Shown one piece after another: positions 8,592-15,002 of a DNA stretch of 15,002 bases. Position 1 is the first letter of the stretch; every line of letters starts with the position of its first letter. This DNA is from Octopus sinensis (Eukaryota), in contig NW_021825450.1 in NCBI RefSeq assembly GCF_006345805.1, positions 1 to 15,002 on the forward strand, given 5' to 3'. Both the position numbers and the translations under genes were made by a program. A model generated the notes under the pieces. It did no database searches, had not been told where the DNA came from, and saw nothing but the letters and a program-made list of their open reading frames with translations.

Positions 8592-8965
8592 TACATCTAT
8601 CTATCTGTCTGTTGTGTGTGTGGTGTGTGTGTGAAATACAATAAAATATACTGATGAAATTCATGAATGTAACAGGAGAAAAAAAATTATGAAGCAAGCA
8701 AATATATAAATACGAACAATAAAATATTGGATATTAATAAAAATACAATAAAATAAAACAAAACAAAATAAACAAACGTGTAGAAAAATCGATAAAGGAG
8801 AATAAAAGGATTTTTTTTTACTGTTGCTTTATGTTTTAGGAAACTGGCTTCATTGGATTATGTATATAGGGACTGTTATGTGGTTGTATACATACATACA
8901 TACATACATACATACATACATACATACATACATACATACATACATGCATACATACATGCATACAT

Positions 8966-9003
<38 letters not shown>

Positions 9004-9380
9004 ACATACGTACATATCTATACATGCATACATAAATATATGCACATTTTCATACTTAAATATATATATATATAAGTATATGTATATCTCTATATACATA
9101 TACACATACACACACACACACATATATGTACAGAAAAGGCCTGTGCATCTGTAAACACTGTCTTGTAACAGTGCCTGGAGAAGTGGATCTCTTCTTTCTC
9201 CCTTGCTCTCCCAGTTTCTCGCCCCCTCTTCTCTCTCTGTCTCTCTTACTATATATATGTATATGTATATTCATGCAAATATTTATACGTATATCGATAC
9301 ATACATAATATATATATATATATGCAGACACACACACACACTCACACACACATGTATGTGTAAATATACACATATATCAA
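8170..9380. repeat. Cluster of compound (GT)n, (CA)n, (AT)n, (TACA)n microsatellites with A-rich and CT-rich spacers
   Basis: Direct reading; for example (TACA)n at about 8888-8968. Confidence 0.85.
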
Positions 9381-9439
9381 TTTATCTGTGTATCTTGCTT
9401 CAATTATTTTTATATTTTTGTAAAAATGACGATTTTTAG

Positions 9440-9930
9440 AAGAGGTGTGTGTGTGTGGTTTGTGTGTATGTTTATACATACATGTTTTCTACGTATGTTA
9501 TCTAGGCGTATGTCTTCTAGAAAGATTGGCATTCATGTATGTTTTGTAAGGTCTCCGTATATGCTTGTGTGTAGATATTTGTATGGCGTGGATTTATGGT
9601 ATATATTTCAGCAGAACTTTACGTAAATATGCTTGTTTCGTATGGTGTTTGTGTTTCTGAGATGAATACGTGTGCCTCTACGTTGCTTGTTTTCATGTTT
9701 GGTTTAAAGTGGTTTTGCATGTGTGTGTGTGTGTGTGTGTATTAGTTTGTGTGTGCATACCAGTAACATATAATTATTTCTATGTATATTTTACAGAGAC
9801 TTTATTGTTGTGAGTGTATGTATGTGTCTTTTGGCGTGTGTATGTGTGCATGTGTGTGTGTGTGTGAGTGTGTGTGTATGTGCGTGTCTCTTGGCGCGGA
9901 ATATGTGTGTGTACATATGTAAGAAATGTG
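9440..9930. repeat. Degenerate GT-rich low-complexity region
   Basis: Direct reading. Confidence 0.7.
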
Positions 9931-10095
9931 TCTATGTCAAGTAGAAATTGTCTTTAGAAATGTGTTGTTATTGGTATTGCGTAGCCTTAAATCTTCCTTG
10001 ATTGAACAAATCTATGACCAAGGATTCCAACCGCGACCACCCCGTTTTATTTCTTAATATTTTTAAGTATAGGAAACCATATTATGCAACGTATT

Positions 10096-10170
10096 CGTTT
10101 TTAAGATTGTGTAGTGCTATATGGAGCTTTGCTGTTATTTCTAGCATGTGCAATGACCACATAGTGGCGC
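10096..10170 (+). repeat. Family X fragment, copy 2 (most diverged)
   Basis: CGTTTTTAAGA...TTGCTGTT..TT(C/CT)AGCA.GT...TGACCA is colinear with 11024-11090. Confidence 0.55.
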
Positions 10171-10315
10171 TAATGTTGGCTCATTTTGTGTGTGTATGTG
10201 CGTGTGTGTGTAGGTTGCTTTTGAAGTATGTGTTTCTGCATATATGCATGCATATATGTGGATGTGTGTTTGTAAGTTCTGGGTGGACATGTAGGCCTTC
10301 CTGATGGTGAAGTTA

Positions 10316-10578
10316 GGTAAAGGTAAAGATACTTTCTCGACTCATATGGACTCATAAGGGCCGGTTTTCCAGTTTCATGGCGTATATATTCCTTCTCCAT
10401 TTGGACTGGACGCTGGACCGTCGCAGGATTACTCATCTTTGCCAGCTGAGTGAATAGGAGCAACATGAAATGAAGTGTTTTGCTCAAGAACTCACTGTAT
10501 CGCCCAGTCCAGGAATCGAAACCACAATCCTATGATCAGGAGTTCAGCGCCCGAACCACTAAGCCACGCATCTCCACG
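10316..10578 (-). mobile_element. Full-length tRNA-derived SINE, family 3, with perfect 13-bp TSD
   Basis: A box TGGCTTAGTGG (10556-10566), B box GGTTTCGATTCC (10512-10523), (TTTACC)n tail; TSD GATGGTGAAGTTA at 10303-10315 and 10579-10591. Confidence 0.92.
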
Positions 10579-11015
10579 GATGGTGAAGTTACATGTAATA
10601 CACTAGTTTCCTCTCCAACAGCAGTAGCAGTGTTATCAATCTTACTTCCTTGATCGGGCAGGTTCCCGAACCCCTCTATCTAATGTGCAACACTTTAGTC
10701 CCACGCCAGTACTGGTTCACAAAACCTATGATCGAACGCACCCCAGATCAGCCGGCACGTTTCTTTTTCAGACAGTGAATCTAGGAAATGCAGCACGGAT
10801 TTTTGTCAGTGAACAGGTCGCGGATTTTAGCGACGAAAATATTTTGACAAATTAAACTTAAATGTTGAAGTGAATCGAACAGCTCTTGTGTGTTTCTTAA
10901 ATGGCTTAAAAACACCTTCCACGCTGCAATTGTTTTCATTCCAGCACACGATCTCAGATCAAATCACTTGCTATGCGAGTACATCTCCGTAAATCTAGGA
11001 TTACATTACTCAAAA

Positions 11016-11101
11016 TGTCCTTCCGTTTTTAAGACGGTAGAATATAATTTCGGGAGATTAGTTGCTGTTTTCAGCACGTAGAGTGACCAGGTAAAAGCTC
11101 C
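11016..11101 (+). repeat. Family X fragment, copy 3 (the element may extend upstream toward ~10730)
   Basis: Homology to 1390-1478 and 10096-10170; the upstream extent cannot be verified within the window. Confidence 0.7.
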
Positions 11102-11127
11102 TACGTCAGCTTGTCAATAATAAGTCA

Positions 11128-11346
11128 AAGGCGGCGAGTTGGCAGAATCGTTAGCACGCCGGACGAGATGCTTAGCGGTATTTCTTCTGTCGCTACGTTC
11201 TGAGTTCAAATCCTGACAAGGTCTACTTTGCCTTTCATCCTTTCGGGGTCGATAAATTAAGTACCAGTTGAGTACTGGGGTCAATTTGATCGACTGGGCC
11301 CCTTCCCCGAAATTTCATGCCTTGTGCTTATTATAGAAAGGATTAG
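11128..11346 (+). mobile_element. SINE family 1, trimer unit A (tail type II)
   Basis: AAGGCGGCGAGTTGGCAGAATCG head, GAGTTCAAATCC B box, aligns with 3685-3855. Confidence 0.9.
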
Positions 11347-11357
11347 TAAGTCAGTCT

Positions 11358-11571
11358 AAGGCTGTGAGCTGGCAGAATCATTAGCACGGTGAGCAAAGTA
11401 CTTAACGGCATTTCGACCATCATGTTCTGAGTTCAAATTCCGCTGAGATCGACTTTGTCTTTCATCCTTTCGGTGTCAATAAATTTAGTACCAGTTGAGT
11501 TCTGGGTCGATGTTATCGGCTTACCCTTTCCCTCAAATTCTCGACCTTGTACCAAAATTTGAAACCAATAT
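11358..11571 (+). mobile_element. SINE family 1, trimer unit B (tail type III)
   Basis: TGGCAGAATC A-box-like motif, GAGTTCAAATTCC B box, ends AAAATTTGAAACCAAT. Confidence 0.88.
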
Positions 11572-11582
11572 TAAGTCATACT

Positions 11583-11801
11583 AAGGTTGCGATTTGGCAA
11601 AATTGGTAGCTCGACAGACAAAATGCAGAACAACATTTCATCCGTCTTTACGTTCTGAGTTCAATTCCCGCCCAGGTTCACTTTACCATTCATCTTTTCG
11701 GGGTCGATGAAATAAATACCAGTTGAGTACTGAGGTCGATGTAATCGACTTACTTCCTCCCTCGAAATTGATAGCCTGATGCTAAAATTTGAAACCAATT
11801 T
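11583..11801 (+). mobile_element. SINE family 1, trimer unit C (tail type III)
   Basis: GAGTTCAATTCC B box, ends AAAATTTGAAACCAAT. Confidence 0.88.
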
Positions 11802-11959
11802 TAAGTCACTCTACCGACTGAAGACATTGGCTAAATTCCATATTATCACAATTTCTCTTTACCCCTTTCTCTCCTTTCTCTTCCCTTTCTTCCTCTCCCG
11901 TGGGGTTAATTTCCTCGTCTTCACCCCTTTTTCTCAAACTTGGCCCACTTCCCTCACAT

Positions 11960-12165
11960 ATGCACTCACACATACATATACTCATACATACACATGCACA
12001 TATATACACATATATACACATACATATGCAAAAACATATACATACATACACATACATATATACGCAAATATATACATACATACACATACATATATACGCA
12101 CATATATACATACATACATCCCTATACATACACATACATACATCCCTATACATACACATACATAC
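11960..12165. repeat. Degenerate (CA/TA) tract containing an exact 24-bp tandem duplication (12109-12156)
   Basis: CATACATACATCCCTATACATACA occurs twice in tandem. Confidence 0.85.
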
Positions 12166-12804
12166 TCTTTACTTCCTCTCTTTACATACCAAATTTGTAA
12201 TTTTCTCAGCTTAACAGCAAATCAATCATTATAGTAAACTTCTAAATAACTTAAATACCTTAAAATTTAAAGTTCCATTTTTTTTATGTCTTTCTCTCTT
12301 AGTTACGTTCTTCACATCTACTCTCTCTCTCTCTTTCTTTATATTTCTCTCTTTCTCCTCATCTTCCGTTTTCTTCCTTCTCTCATTCTCCTTGCTTCTC
12401 TTCTTATTCGCTAGATATACCCAGGGACATCAAAACAATATTATATTACCAAGTCTTTCATATGTATCCTGTTTCACGTATATCAATTTAGAAAAACGCG
12501 AAAACACACTCATATAACACACAAACACATTTTATATCGTGGTAGAGTAATTTAGGACATTTAATGAATCCATTAAAAGCTTTTGTAGTGACGTTTTGTA
12601 TATTTCTTTATATTTCTGTCTATTATGGACTATTCAAGTATTTCGTCATATTTCTAAGATCTGGTTACCGACAAAATCCTACCGCGTCTATTATGCCTTT
12701 GTGTGCGATAACACTATTTGATAATTTATTATAGACAGAAAACAAAAACAAGCAAAATAACAAAAATATAACAGTTTGTGTGCTAATACATACGTACACA
12801 CACA

Positions 12805-12837
<33 letters not shown>

Positions 12838-12935
12838 CACACACACACACGCACACATACATGCAAACACATATATGTAGTTAAAATTAGCAGAAATCAG
12901 AAGACGAAAACAAATTTTACAACCAATGATATTTC

Positions 12936-13061
12936 GTTTACGTCCCCGTTCGGAAAAGAGACTGACAGAATAAGTACCTGGTTTAAAAAAATGTACTGGA
13001 GTCGATTCGTTCTACCCAAAATTCTTCATGGTGATACCTCAGCATGGGCCACACACTGACT
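12936..13061 (+). mobile_element. SINE family 2, 3' half fragment, inverted relative to the adjacent copy
   Basis: Colinear blocks with the reverse complement of 13130-13267: GTTTACGTC.CCGT, AATAAGTAC, GT.CTGG.GTCGATT, CAG.ATGG, TGACT. Confidence 0.75.
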
Positions 13062-13096
13062 CACACAGACACACACACACATATACACGCACATAT

Positions 13097-13451
13097 ATTC
13101 TTTTATTCTTTTATTCTTTTACTTGTTTCAGTCATTTGACTGCTGGCCATACTGGAGCACCACCTTTAGTCGCATAAATCGACCCCAGGACTTATGCTTT
13201 GTAAGCCTAGTACTTATTAAATCGGTCATTTCTTTTACAGAAACCGCTAAGTTACGGAGACGTAAACACACCAGCATCGGTTGTCAAGCGATGGTGTTGG
13301 TGTTGGTGGGGGAAACACAGACACAAACAACAAACACACACATACATATATATAAATCCACTCACAAGGCTTTGATCGGCACAAGGCTATAGTAGAAGAC
13401 ACTTGCCCAAGGTACCACGCAGTGGGACTGAACCCGGAACCATGTGATTGG

Positions 13452-13452
<1 letters not shown>
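13097..13452 (-). mobile_element. SINE family 2, near full length: head truncated by (AT)n, internal TG microsatellite, (AAAAGAAT)n tail
   Basis: B box GGTTCAGTCCC (13424-13434); 13354-13452 aligns with 3257-3355; 8-bp tail repeats at 13097-13120. Confidence 0.88.
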
Positions 13453-13453
<1 letters not shown>

Positions 13454-13487
<34 letters not shown>

Positions 13488-13632
13488 GTATATATCTGCA
13501 TACACATATATGCACACATGCGCAGAGGCATATTAAGAAACAAGAACCCCCCAGAAAAGCTTTAATTGATGCATACACATCTACTGAAACATACTCATGC
13601 ACACACACACACACACAACACACACACACACA

Positions 13633-13670
<38 letters not shown>
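13454..13670. repeat. (AT)n and (CA)n microsatellites
   Basis: Direct reading. Confidence 0.9.
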
Positions 13671-13889
13671 GCATATACATAATACAGATGCAACACACAC
13701 AAATTGGTAGAAACACTGCGAAGTATATTTGTGCAAAACCTTTATAACAAAATTGACATACTTTTACCACTTCGTTAGAGAGGAACATCAACGCCTTTGC
13801 TTTTTAAAGCCTGTGTACCAGGTTATAGGTCAGAATGGGAATCAAACCCAAATGCTTACAACGAAGTAATATCACATATTCTTTAAACG

Positions 13890-13923
13890 GTTTCAGTCGT
13901 AGTACTGAGGTCATGCTGGAGCA
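13890..13923 (-). mobile_element. Short 3'-end fragment of SINE family 2
   Basis: GTTTCAGTC....ACTG.GG.CAT.CTGGAGCA matches 13125-13159. Confidence 0.55.
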
Positions 13924-14076
13924 TAACAGAGCTAAGATGGCGGTACTCAACCGAGCGACAGGTTTAGTCTAACATCCAAGGACTCAGAAATCAAAGAGTG
14001 GAAACAAATATTGCAATACATCATTGACTCTCTGGCAGTTCTGTAATTCCACCTCCCTGGGAGGAAATTTTATGCT

Positions 14077-14188
14077 ATCGATCTCGGAACGATGAAAAGC
14101 TGACCTTAGTGAGTTTTGAACTCAGAGTACAGAGAACCAGAATAAATACAGCAAGAGCTCATACGCACTAATGACTCTGCCGATTCGC
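14077..14188 (-). mobile_element. Old degenerate SINE family 1 copy (5' half)
   Basis: Reverse complement aligns to the family 1 head; B box seen as TTTGAACTCAG at 14115-14125 and GATGAAA block conserved. Confidence 0.75.
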
Positions 14189-14312
14189 TATGTGCGCATG
14201 AACGGACAAGAAGACTGGGAATGAAAGCAAAATGTAAACAAATGTAAAAATGTACCTACACACAGAAACACAAAATTATAAATTTATAAAATGATAAAAA
14301 TAACGGAAAGAC

Positions 14313-14400
<88 letters not shown>
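14313..14400. repeat. Perfect tetranucleotide microsatellite (ATCT)22
   Basis: 88 bp, uninterrupted. Confidence 0.97.
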
Positions 14401-14402
<2 letters not shown>

Positions 14403-14444
14403 TCTGTCTATCTATTCTATTCTATTTGATTCTACTTACCCCGT

Positions 14445-14470
14445 ATGTGTGTGTGTACATGTATGTATGC

Positions 14471-14512
<42 letters not shown>

Positions 14513-14827
14513 CAAATAAAAAAATGGAGAAGCACATTAGTTGGTTCCTCACTTTAGGACATTAAAATGTTGACTTATTTATTTTCTCAAACGACAACTA
14601 TAGTAACATACATACATACATACATACATACATCTACATAGTAATTATTTATGCATATATATTATATATGTATATATAGTATATTAATATATTCATGCAT
14701 ATATATATATATATTATATTAGATATAGCTATAGATAGATAAAGAAGAATTATTGCCGTTATTATATACCGTATTGAATCAAATATATATATATACATAT
14801 GTATGCACATACATATACATACATACA

Positions 14828-14866
<39 letters not shown>

Positions 14867-14925
14867 TATACATATATATACGTGTGTATGCGTGTGTATT
14901 CGTGTGTGGTGTGTGTGTGTAAGCA
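14445..14925. repeat. Compound (GT)/(AT)/(ACAT) microsatellite cluster
   Basis: Direct reading. Confidence 0.85.
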
Positions 14926-15002
14926 TAAACAAAATAGAATGACATGGAAAGTCCGAACACATTAACAAATAAACATACCAATAAACCTTGCTCTAAAAAA
15001 CA

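Noticed and set aside
10505-10575. Genuine tRNA gene (also considered at 3320-3390 and 3690-3775)
   Set aside because: A and B boxes are present, but there is no acceptor stem or poly-T terminator and the sequence continues into SINE body and tail.
12303-12414. 110-nt AG-free pyrimidine tract ending in CTAG as a splice acceptor
   Set aside because: Explained by a decayed (CT)n repeat; no convincing downstream exon or donor.
13800-13870. B-box-like GGGAATCAAACCC (minus strand) as another SINE head
   Set aside because: Too degenerate to align with confidence to any family in the window.

Overview
AT-rich, microsatellite-saturated non-coding eukaryotic DNA. The SINE types and repeat density point to a cephalopod, probably Octopus (inference). 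No intact host gene is supported; almost all ORFs in the track are translations of simple repeats. The only protein-coding relic is a dead, 5'-truncated CR1/L2-group LINE reverse-transcriptase fragment (5244-6210). The window also holds three tRNA-derived SINE families (about 10 copies or fragments, including a heterodimer, a trimer with a reiterated target site, and a tail-to-tail inverted pair), a 241-bp Tc1/mariner-type MITE with TA target duplication, and other interspersed repeats. The most notable hidden signal is RNA-structural: a near-complete type I hammerhead-ribozyme fold at 7828-7903 and a head-to-head inverted pair of minimal hammerhead-like motifs at 5053-5180 (Penelope-like-element style). 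All three cores carry C instead of the canonical U4. No activity can be shown from sequence alone.
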